This document shows, piece after piece, positions 17,005-23,456 of a stretch of DNA of 40,874 bases. The translations under genes were made by a program, and so were the position numbers. Position 1 is the first letter of the stretch. Each line of letters starts with the position of its first letter. The stretch comes from a virus (Duplodnaviria > Caudoviricetes): positions 1-40,874 of the IMG/VR virus record IMGVR_UViG_3300037408_000112. One strand, written 5' to 3'. The notes beneath the pieces were generated by a model, which saw only the letters and a list, made by a program, of their open reading frames with translations, did not search any database and was not told where the DNA came from.

Positions 17005-17198
17005 TCAGCCAGCCCCCACCGCTCGCGCTCGGCCTCCCGGGCCAGCAGGTCCGCCTCGTGCTCGCGGAAGTAGCCCGGCAGGAGAATCTCGTTCATCAGC
17101 TGCGTCCGGCTCATCCCGTAGCTCGCGGCGTGCCGGTCCAGCATGTCGATCAGCGGCTGGGCCGCGAATATCACGATCTGTTTTCCTCGATCTTTCAT
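17001..17198 (-). CDS. Ribbon-helix-helix (CopG/Arc-like) regulator
   Basis: QIVIF strand, then LIDMLDRHAASYGMSRTQLMNEIL. First gene of the leftward operon. Confidence 0.65.
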   Translation of the reverse strand: MKDRGKQIVIFAAQPLIDMLDRHAASYGMSRTQLMNEILLPGYFREHEADLLAREAERERWGLAE

Positions 17199-17226
17199 GG
17201 GCTTGGCCTCTTGGATACTGGCGCGC

Positions 17227-17255
17227 AGCCTACTCCCATGCCCGGCGCATGTCCA
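17227..17255 (-). promoter_or_regulatory. Leftward sigma70-type promoter with a palindromic operator candidate
   Basis: TGGACA-N17-TAGGCT on the - strand, with the CATGC-N5-GCATG inverted repeat (17237-17251) overlapping the -35 and spacer. Confidence 0.6.
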
Positions 17256-17293
17256 GAATACTTAACTTCGAGAACGAGATTCGCAAATAGTTG

Positions 17294-17325
17294 TTGACCC
17301 GGAGTTTGGAACGTGATGGAATACT
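17294..17325 (+). promoter_or_regulatory. Rightward early promoter P1
   Basis: AT-rich upstream tract, TTGACC, then TGGAAT at 17-nt spacing. Aligns with P2 (TTGAC-N21-AATAC in both). Confidence 0.6.
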
Positions 17326-17341
17326 CCCCACAGCAGCAGTA

Positions 17342-17406
17342 CGTCGCCCCACGGAGAACGGGGACCTGGCCTCCGAATCGCGCGAGACCGACCAGGTAAA
17401 GGAGCC
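17342..17406 (+). ncRNA. Conserved two-hairpin leader RNA, copy 1
   Basis: CCCC-ACGGAGAAC-GGGG hairpin, then ACCUGG/CCAGGU stem with an inner CUC/GAG stem. Near-identical copy at 20335. Confidence 0.7.
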
Positions 17407-17408
17407 AC

Positions 17409-17462
17409 CCAAGTACAGCGGTATGCGACCGCTGCTGATGAGGCCAGCAAGCCGAAACTTGG
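17409..17462 (+). ncRNA. Type III hammerhead ribozyme, copy 1
   Basis: CCAAG-UA^-CAGCGGU-AUGCG-ACCGCUG-CUGAUGA-GGC-CAGCAA-GCC-GAAA-CUUGG. Full catalytic core, GUA triplet, predicted cut after 17415. Confidence 0.92.
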
Positions 17463-17471
17463 AGACCGACC

Positions 17472-17705
17472 ATGGCACTGAAGATCAGCAAGCACGCCGG
17501 CCAGCGGATGCGCGAGCGAAAGATCAGCCTGCGCCTGATCGCCCTGGCCATCGAGAAGGGCGAGAAGCAGGTCGAGAGCAGCGACGGCGAGGTGATTCGC
17601 TACCGGCTGCCGATGTCGATCGACGGCCTCGAAGTCGTCGCCCATCTGAACGTCATCATCGACTGCGACGTCGTCGTCACGGTCTACGTGAGGGGATGCC
17701 TGTGA
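17472..17705 (+). CDS. DUF4258-like (RelE/BrnT-type fold) protein
   Basis: ISKHAGQRMRERKIS...I..G...VVVTVY pattern. Confidence 0.7.
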   Translation: MALKISKHAGQRMRERKISLRLIALAIEKGEKQVESSDGEVIRYRLPMSIDGLEVVAHLNVIIDCDVVVTVYVRGCL

Positions 17706-17905
17706 ACGACCTGAACAAGCTCTACTGGATCAACAACGACAACTGGGTGCCGGCCTGTGGCGGCACCGAGCTGCCGTTCGAGACGCGCAACGGCCGGCGG
17801 GTCCAGTACATGTGGAACCGCAACAGCCGCGAGCACGCCTACTACGACCTCGACCGGGACATCTTCCTGGACGACGCCGAACTGAAAGAAGCCTTCGGAT
17901 TCTGA
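17696..17905 (+). CDS. Small early protein (WVPACGGTE type)
   Basis: WVPACGGTELPFETRNGRR...HAYYDL. The real start lies inside ORF 17291..17905. Confidence 0.7.
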   Translation: MPVNDLNKLYWINNDNWVPACGGTELPFETRNGRRVQYMWNRNSREHAYYDLDRDIFLDDAELKEAFGF

Positions 17906-17915
17906 GGAGACCGCC

Positions 17916-18101
17916 ATGAACCGCGAGCCGATCGAGCAGAACGTGAGCAACAAGCCGAAGTCAACGGAAGGCGTCGTTGGCGACGTCGTCCACGTCGTCG
18001 CTGACGACGGCAACTACTACGGCAGCTACCGCAAGACGCTGGTCGGCCTCGACCGGCAGGAGCTGTGGATGCCGTGCGACCAGTTCGGGAACATCTTCTA
18101 G
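17916..18101 (+). CDS. Small early protein
   Basis: Preceded by GGAGACCGCC-ATG. Confidence 0.7.
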   Translation: MNREPIEQNVSNKPKSTEGVVGDVVHVVADDGNYYGSYRKTLVGLDRQELWMPCDQFGNIF

Positions 18102-18110
18102 GAGACCGCC

Positions 18111-18350
18111 ATGATCGAGCGCCCCGCACCTGACTTTTCGGTTGACGACTACGGCCCGATGGCCGGCATCTCGCCGCTCAACGCCGACGCCCTCCGCTGG
18201 CTGAACCGCTTCCAGGCCAAGGCCTGGGGGCGGCGCACTCACGAGCTGGGCCCGCAGCTGATCTTCCACGTCAACGACAGCGAACAGTCTGACGTGTTCC
18301 ACGACATCCTGGCCGCCGCCAAGGCGCGCGGCTTCAACATCGCCTTCTGA
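18111..18350 (+). CDS. Small early protein
   Basis: Preceded by GGAGACCGCC-ATG. Confidence 0.75.
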   Translation: MIERPAPDFSVDDYGPMAGISPLNADALRWLNRFQAKAWGRRTHELGPQLIFHVNDSEQSDVFHDILAAAKARGFNIAF

Positions 18351-18360
18351 GGAGACCGCC

Positions 18361-18738
18361 ATGTCACTGCCTGACCTGAACGCCATGTCCCACGCCGAGC
18401 TGCAGCAGTACGCGATCGACGCGATCGAGCAGGGCATCAACGCCTGGCGCGTCATGCGCGCCGGCTTCGAGCCCGACGCCGTCGTCTTCATCGACGACTA
18501 CAACCGCGCGCTGCACCGCCGCAATTTCGGCAAGGCCGTCGAGCTGCTCACGCCCAACTCGGGCGAGCGCGTCTGCATCTACGGTCCCGACGCGCTGCGC
18601 GACGTCGTCCAGTTCGACGGCGACAAGGGCCGCTGCGTGCTGCACCCGAAGCGCCTCATCGACTTCATCGACGAGGAGATAGCCGGCGCCCAGGCGTCGC
18701 TGCGCTACCTGCGCAACCATGTGGAGGCCGCAGCATGA
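18361..18738 (+). CDS. Early protein
   Basis: Preceded by GGAGACCGCC-ATG. Confidence 0.75.
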   Translation: MSLPDLNAMSHAELQQYAIDAIEQGINAWRVMRAGFEPDAVVFIDDYNRALHRRNFGKAVELLTPNSGERVCIYGPDALRDVVQFDGDKGRCVLHPKRLIDFIDEEIAGAQASLRYLRNHVEAAA

Positions 18739-18947
18739 AGACCGCGAGTGCTGTGAAGGCCTGGCGGCGCCGCGAGGCGATGCGGCCCGAGCCGGTGACC
18801 AAGCGCGCCGTCGTCGGTGGCCCCTGGGAGGGGCTCACCGTCGTCGTGCGCACCAACATGGAGAGGTCCCTGGACCTCGTCATCAACGGCCGTCGCGGGC
18901 GCTTCGAGCGCCTGGGCGGCAGCCTGAAGTGGGTGGAGGCAGCATGA
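18735..18947 (+). CDS. Small early protein
   Basis: GGAGG SD and ATGA overlap. Confidence 0.7.
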   Translation: MKTASAVKAWRRREAMRPEPVTKRAVVGGPWEGLTVVVRTNMERSLDLVINGRRGRFERLGGSLKWVEAA

Positions 18948-19132
18948 CTGACCAAGAGTACGCAGAGATGCTGGCCGAAGAGCGCCGCATGTGGGGCGTT
19001 GAGAGCCGCTGGCAGGCGCAAGGCGAGGCGCTGCAGGTCCTCGCCGGTCTGGCCTACCTGGAAGACGATGAAGACGTTGGAGACGCCCTGCGCGAGCGCG
19101 CAGAGGACCTTCTTTCCCTTGTTCGAGACTGA
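18944..19132 (+). CDS. Small acidic early protein (62 aa)
   Basis: MTDQEYAEMLAEE..., GGAGG SD and ATGA overlap. Confidence 0.7.
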   Translation: MTDQEYAEMLAEERRMWGVESRWQAQGEALQVLAGLAYLEDDEDVGDALRERAEDLLSLVRD

Positions 19133-19144
19133 GGAGACCATGCC

Positions 19145-19444
19145 ATGGCAAAGCTGACCATCATCGCCATCGCGGCCCTCGCCGCCTCCGGCTGCGTCAC
19201 GCAGCATGAGGTGCGCGAGTCGGCCTACGCCGACTGCCTGAGTAAGGGCGGAAGCCGGGATACCTGCATCGCCGTGAGCTATCAGCACGGCGCCAGCTGG
19301 CAGGCGCAACAAGACGCCGCGATGGCGAGCTTCAACGCCTCGCTGCAGGCGGCGTCGTTCGCCATGCAGCCCAACTACTACCAGCCAGCCGTGCGCCTGC
19401 AGACCAGCTGCATGCGCGTCGGCACCATGCTCACTTGCAACTGA
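19145..19444 (+). CDS. Lipoprotein
   Basis: Signal peptide MAKLTIIAIAALAASG-C with lipobox, C-terminal TSCMRVGTMLTCN. Confidence 0.75.
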   Translation: MAKLTIIAIAALAASGCVTQHEVRESAYADCLSKGGSRDTCIAVSYQHGASWQAQQDAAMASFNASLQAASFAMQPNYYQPAVRLQTSCMRVGTMLTCN

Positions 19445-19455
19445 GGAGAACTGAC

Positions 19456-20214
19456 ATGCCTGGACTGATGCTTCACTGTGGTGCCAACTCGATCGACCGC
19501 AACGCGCTCGCCGCGCTGCCGCTGCCGCCCGCGATGGGGCCGCGTCACGTCGTTCGCCCCTACATCGACGACCTGGAGATCGTCGAGCACGCCCTCGCCG
19601 ACTACGGCCTGGCCGTCAACGACGAGGCCTTCGGCATCACCAAGGACGGTGGCCGCTTCTTCGGCGTGCTGGAGTGCGCGCCGATCGAGGGCGAGTACAT
19701 CGGCAAGGACTACGGCCTGATGGTCGGCCTGCGCGGGTCCTACGACCAGTCGATCGCGCGTGGCCTGGCGATCGGGTCGAGGGTGTTCGTGTGCGATAAC
19801 TTGGCCTTCAGCGGCGAGGTGAACATCCTCACGCGGCAGACGACCAACATCGCCAGCCGCATCCCGCAGCTGCTGCGCAGCGCCGTGGCCCAGCTGCCGC
19901 AGCTCGCCGAGCACCAGCAGGCGCGCTTCGAGGCGTACCGGAACACGGCGCTCACGCCGCGCCAGGGCGACGCCATGCTGGTCGAGCTGATGCGGAAAGA
20001 GGTGCTGACCTCGAACAGCATCAAGCGCGCTGTGGCCGAGTGGGACGAGCCGTCGCACCCGGAGCACGCCGAGCAGGGCCGCTCGATCTGGCGCATGCAC
20101 AACGCCGTGACTGAGGCGCTGAAACCGGCGGACGCCGCCCGCTTCGCTATCCCGGCGCTGTGGGAGCGCACGACGAAGATGACCAAGTTCTTCGACGAGG
20201 TCGTCGGGCTCTGA
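19456..20214 (+). CDS. DUF932 family protein
   Basis: LMLHCG, GLRGSYDQS, GSRVFVCDNLAF and SIWRMHNAVTE motifs. Start re-called to ATG 19456 after GAGGAG. Confidence 0.8.
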   Translation: MPGLMLHCGANSIDRNALAALPLPPAMGPRHVVRPYIDDLEIVEHALADYGLAVNDEAFGITKDGGRFFGVLECAPIEGEYIGKDYGLMVGLRGSYDQSIARGLAIGSRVFVCDNLAFSGEVNILTRQTTNIASRIPQLLRSAVAQLPQLAEHQQARFEAYRNTALTPRQGDAMLVELMRKEVLTSNSIKRAVAEWDEPSHPEHAEQGRSIWRMHNAVTEALKPADAARFAIPALWERTTKMTKFFDEVVGL

Positions 20215-20223
20215 CGGGCCGAC

Positions 20224-20243
20224 CGGGGGCTTCGGCCCCCGGC
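20224..20243 (+). terminator. GC hairpin ending early unit 1
   Basis: CCGGGGGC-TTCG-GCCCCCGG with no clear U-tract. The same core recurs at ~26897. Confidence 0.5.
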
Positions 20244-20283
20244 CAGCTCGGGAAGATAATTCGTGAATTGTGTTTGAAAGGTG

Positions 20284-20315
20284 TTGACGGCCGGAACGGA
20301 TTCAGGCCTAATACA
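20284..20315 (+). promoter_or_regulatory. Rightward early promoter P2
   Basis: AT-rich upstream tract, TTGACG, then CCTAAT at 17-nt spacing. Aligned with P1. Confidence 0.6.
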
Positions 20316-20334
20316 CCCAACAGCCAAGCAGCAC

Positions 20335-20396
20335 CGTCGCCCCACGGAGAACGGGGACCCGGCCTCCTGAGATGAGACCGACCGGGTAACGGAACC
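20335..20396 (+). ncRNA. Conserved two-hairpin leader RNA, copy 2
   Basis: Same first hairpin as copy 1. The ACCCGG/CCGGGU stem covaries with copy 1 (U-A to C-G), and the distal loop differs. Confidence 0.7.
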
Positions 20397-20400
20397 ACCC

Positions 20401-20455
20401 CCAGTCAGGGCGTATGCGACGCCCTCTGACGATGGCCCAGCAAGGCCGAAACTGG
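20401..20455 (+). ncRNA. Type III hammerhead ribozyme, copy 2
   Basis: CCAG-UC^-AGGGCGU-AUGCG-ACGCCCU-CUGACGA-U-GGCC-CAGCAA-GGCC-GAAA-CUGG. GUC triplet, predicted cut after 20406. Confidence 0.92.
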
Positions 20456-20463
20456 AGACCGCG

Positions 20464-20751
20464 ATGTTCAGCCCCTACTACGGTTGCGACGAGTACGAAG
20501 GCGACTACCTGGCCCGCGAGATGCAGGAGGAGTTCTTCGCCCAGGCCGACTACCTGAGCGAGGCCTACGGCGCCACGGCCCGCGACGCCGCCGACTTCGC
20601 CGACGAGGACTACGACGCGATGGTCGAGGAGGCCTGCGAGCTGGCCGCCTCCCTTGGCGTCCTCGACGGCCACGTCCAGGCCAAGCGGATCCACGACTCG
20701 GCGGTGCGCATCGCCGCCGGCAACGCTGCCTTCGATGACATCCCCTTCTGA
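20464..20751 (+). CDS. Highly acidic early protein with an SSB-type C-terminal DDIPF
   Basis: 22 D/E versus 5 K/R in 95 aa, ending AFDDIPF. Confidence 0.8.
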   Translation: MFSPYYGCDEYEGDYLAREMQEEFFAQADYLSEAYGATARDAADFADEDYDAMVEEACELAASLGVLDGHVQAKRIHDSAVRIAAGNAAFDDIPF

Positions 20752-20761
20752 GGAGACCGAC

Positions 20762-20956
20762 ATGAACATCAACTACTCGACGGCGGGCGGCAACTGGAAG
20801 AGCTACGCGATCCGCTCGGTGCTGGCCCAGGGGCCGGACTTCGCGGTCCTGGTCGACGAGCTGGATCGCCGCCTGCGCCTCGAGGGGCGCGAGCTGTACA
20901 GCATCAGCCGCAACGGCCACTTCCGCCGCATCAGCTACAACGCCTCGATCAACTAG
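20762..20956 (+). CDS. Small early protein (64 aa)
   Basis: GGAGACCGAC-ATG, MNINYSTAGG... Confidence 0.7.
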   Translation: MNINYSTAGGNWKSYAIRSVLAQGPDFAVLVDELDRRLRLEGRELYSISRNGHFRRISYNASIN

Positions 20957-20965
20957 GAGACCGCC

Positions 20966-21133
20966 ATGCTCGCCGCCCTCGCCATCCTCTTCGTCATCTT
21001 CCTGTTCGCCGGGCACCGCGACGCGAGCTGCGAGCGCGTCGCCAACGCCATCGAGCACCAGAACTACATCGCCTGGCGCCAGGCCAGGGGCGACAAGCCC
21101 TGGCACCCCGAAGACAACCCGAACGGCTACTGA
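20966..21133 (+). CDS. Small membrane or exported protein (55 aa)
   Basis: GGAGACCGCC-ATG, MLAALAILFVIFLFAG...NPNGY. Not in the ORF track. Confidence 0.7.
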   Translation: MLAALAILFVIFLFAGHRDASCERVANAIEHQNYIAWRQARGDKPWHPEDNPNGY

Positions 21134-21145
21134 CCGGAGACCGCC

Positions 21146-21508
21146 ATGAACAGCATCGCCTCCCTGCAGAACCTGCCGCGCAGCCTGAACGGGCTGCGCC
21201 GGCGCATCGAGCAGATCATCGCCGCCGAGAACGAGCTGATGGCGCTGCACCAGAAAGCGTGCGAGCGCGTCGCCCAGCTCACGCTGGTCGAATGCGAGCT
21301 GCAGAACAACTTCCTCTTCCCGGCCGTCGTCCACTGGGGCGACGACTTCGACGGCTGGTGGCGCGAGCTGCCGGACGAGCGCCGGGTCGAGGTGTTCGAG
21401 TACCTGAACACGCTGGCCGGCTGCGCGCTGTCCCGCTCCGAGCTGGAGCACGCCGCCTGGTCCGCCTACATGGACGCCTTTCATATCCAGGTGGAGAGCG
21501 AGCGATGA
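21146..21508 (+). CDS. Early protein
   Basis: Preceded by GGAGACCGCC-ATG. Confidence 0.75.
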   Translation: MNSIASLQNLPRSLNGLRRRIEQIIAAENELMALHQKACERVAQLTLVECELQNNFLFPAVVHWGDDFDGWWRELPDERRVEVFEYLNTLAGCALSRSELEHAAWSAYMDAFHIQVESER

Positions 21509-21822
21509 GCATCGAGGTCGTCAGCATGGCGTGGATCAAGTCGCGGGCCGCTGGCCCGTTCTTCTCGAAGGAGACCATGCGGTTCTTCCGGTCGCGCCTC
21601 CCCGACAGGGGGCTGCGCAACGGCGACCGCGTCTACTTCTGGACCAGCGAGCAGTGCGGCTGGGCCGGCGACACCGAGCGCGCGTTCACGCTGCGCGAGC
21701 TGGACCTGGTCACCGGCCGCGTGCAGACGGTCGGCGACTTCCAGGCGTATCCGACGGCCGCGAAGGCGCAGGCGGCCGTGCGCGACGCCGCCCGCAACTG
21801 CCTGCCCAAGGAGGCCGCATGA
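21505..21822 (+). CDS. Conserved phage early protein (FFSKETMRFFRSR type)
   Basis: FFS..TMRFF.SR...YF.TSE...FQAY motif, ATGA overlap. Confidence 0.75.
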   Translation: MSIEVVSMAWIKSRAAGPFFSKETMRFFRSRLPDRGLRNGDRVYFWTSEQCGWAGDTERAFTLRELDLVTGRVQTVGDFQAYPTAAKAQAAVRDAARNCLPKEAA

Positions 21823-22022
21823 ACATCGTCCCGGTGTACCCCTCGTTCCCGGTGTTTCACGTCCACTGCTCGCAGTGCGGCAGGCCGGAGTCGAACGAGA
21901 GGGAGGGCCGGCTGTACGCCGACCTCGATGGCCCGGCGTTCCGGTCCTACTACTGCGCCGCGTGCGCACGCAAGGCGCAGCCCGACGCCTGGGCGGCGCG
22001 CATCGTCAACGGAGAGGAGTGA
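21819..22022 (+). CDS. Small Zn-finger protein
   Basis: CSQC...YADL...YYCAAC, GGAGG SD. Confidence 0.7.
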   Translation: MNIVPVYPSFPVFHVHCSQCGRPESNEREGRLYADLDGPAFRSYYCAACARKAQPDAWAARIVNGEE

Positions 22023-22023
22023 C

Positions 22024-22143
22024 ATGAAGCACCGCAACCCGGTCGCCCGCCACGCGCGGGCATTCAACAAGTCGGCCGTGATGGTCGACCGCAAGGCCGC
22101 TGCGAAGCGCGGCTACTCGAAGCACCGGAGGCCGCACGCATGA
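22024..22143 (+). CDS. 39-aa basic peptide (NPVA...FNK...DRK...KH type)
   Basis: MKHRNPVARHARAFNKSAVMVDRKAAAKRGYSKHRRPHA, GAGGAG SD. Confidence 0.7.
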   Translation: MKHRNPVARHARAFNKSAVMVDRKAAAKRGYSKHRRPHA

Positions 22144-22439
22144 ACCTGACCGGCTTCATCAAGCTGAAGCTGCTGTCGATCGACGCCTGGCGCGAGCCGG
22201 AGGGCGGCTGGACGTGGAACGACCTGCGCATCGTCGAGCGGGACTGGTACTGGTCCCCCGAGTCGCTGAAGCCGCGCCAGCTGCTGCGGCGCCTGCGCAA
22301 GTCGGGCTACCTGACCGACGCCAGCAAGGGCCGCGTTCGCGTCGAGGTCGTCGCCGACGACTGGCACGACGGCACGCTGATCGAGATCCAGGACAAGAAC
22401 ACCCGCGAGCCGCTGCTCGCCCTTTCCAACCTGCACTGA
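22140..22439 (+). CDS. Early protein
   Basis: IDAWREPEGGWTWND motif, ATGA overlap. Confidence 0.75.
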   Translation: MNLTGFIKLKLLSIDAWREPEGGWTWNDLRIVERDWYWSPESLKPRQLLRRLRKSGYLTDASKGRVRVEVVADDWHDGTLIEIQDKNTREPLLALSNLH

Positions 22440-22447
22440 GGAGCACC

Positions 22448-23008
22448 ATGAAGACCAGCGAGAACATCGACAAGATCGCCCCCGCCTTCGTCGCGGCGCT
22501 CGGCAAGATGAGCGACGTCGTCAAGGACACCGCCAACGACTTCGGCGGCTACAAGTACGCCACCCTCGACGCCGTGACCGCGATGGCCCGGCCGATCCTG
22601 GCGGACCACGGCCTGGCCGTCGTCCAGGAGGTGGCCGAAGGCGAGCACGCGATCAAGATCCTGACGCGCGTGCTGCACGTCAGCGGCCAGTGGTTCGAGT
22701 CCGAGCCGTTCCCGCTCGCGATCGAGGACCGCAAGGGCATGACGCACGCCCAGGCGATCGGCTCGACCATCACCTACGGCCGCCGCTACGCGCTGCAGGC
22801 GATGCTCGGCATCACGGCGGAGGCTGACGACGACGCCAGCGACGCCGGCAAGGACACCGGCAAGACGCCGGTCGGCATCGCCCGTCGGGCGCAGCTCGAC
22901 GCCATGAAGGCCGGCAAGCGCCCGAGCTACCCGCGCCGGGGCGACCCGGAGCACGGCATCAGCGAGCGCGAGGAAGACGCTGCCGTCACCCCTGACTTCG
23001 ACCTCTAG
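22448..23008 (+). CDS. erf: ERF family single-strand annealing protein
   Basis: YKYATLD...AQAIGSTITYGRRYAL...GI.AE.DDDA motif. Start re-called to MKTSEN. Confidence 0.9.
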   Translation: MKTSENIDKIAPAFVAALGKMSDVVKDTANDFGGYKYATLDAVTAMARPILADHGLAVVQEVAEGEHAIKILTRVLHVSGQWFESEPFPLAIEDRKGMTHAQAIGSTITYGRRYALQAMLGITAEADDDASDAGKDTGKTPVGIARRAQLDAMKAGKRPSYPRRGDPEHGISEREEDAAVTPDFDL

Positions 23009-23017
23009 GAGAGCACC

Positions 23018-23200
23018 ATGAACACCCTCTACATGCACAACGTCACCCGCATCACCCTGAAGCCCATCCACGCCCTGGGCCAGGTCCCGAGCATGGCGCG
23101 CGACATCGTCATCGAGGACGAAGACGGTGGCCGCTTCGAGATCACGCTGTTCGGCACCGAGTCTGGCCTGGGCATCATCGAGGAGCACGCCGATGCGTAA
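23018..23200 (+). CDS. Small early protein
   Basis: GGAGAG SD, MHNVTRI...EITLFG. Confidence 0.7.
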   Translation: MNTLYMHNVTRITLKPIHALGQVPSMARDIVIEDEDGGRFEITLFGTESGLGIIEEHADA

Positions 23201-23456
23201 CGCCATCATCCTGGCGCTGGCCCTCGCGGCCGGCGCGGCCCACGCGCAGTACCAGCCGTGGGACACCGTCGGCATCGCGACCGGCGCCGACCTGAACATC
23301 CCGGTGCCGGCCGACGGCCGCACGCGCGACTTCCGCAGCTGGGACAACGAGCGCGGCCTCCGCTGGGGGCGCGTCGAGGTGGAGCCGTCGGGCGACTGGC
23401 GGACCTGGGACAACGAACGCGGCCTCAGGTGGGGCCGCATCGAGGTGGAGCAATGA
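23193..23456 (+). CDS. Exported protein with a 22-aa tandem repeat
   Basis: Signal peptide MRNAIILALALAAGAAHA, then WDNERGLRWGR(V/I)EVE twice. Confidence 0.75.
   Translation: MRNAIILALALAAGAAHAQYQPWDTVGIATGADLNIPVPADGRTRDFRSWDNERGLRWGRVEVEPSGDWRTWDNERGLRWGRIEVEQ

Noticed and set aside
17342-17406. Leader RNA as a twister, pistol or HDV-like ribozyme, or a lambda boxB
   Set aside because: I could not thread the required conserved cores or pseudoknot order by eye, and no boxA or N-like gene is evident. Left as unclassified.
17195-17695. ORFs spanning the control region (17195..17551, 17230..17478 and the 5' part of 17291..17905)
   Set aside because: They cross promoters and the ribozyme cassette. 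The conservation with the 20.3-kb copy follows RNA pairing, not codons.
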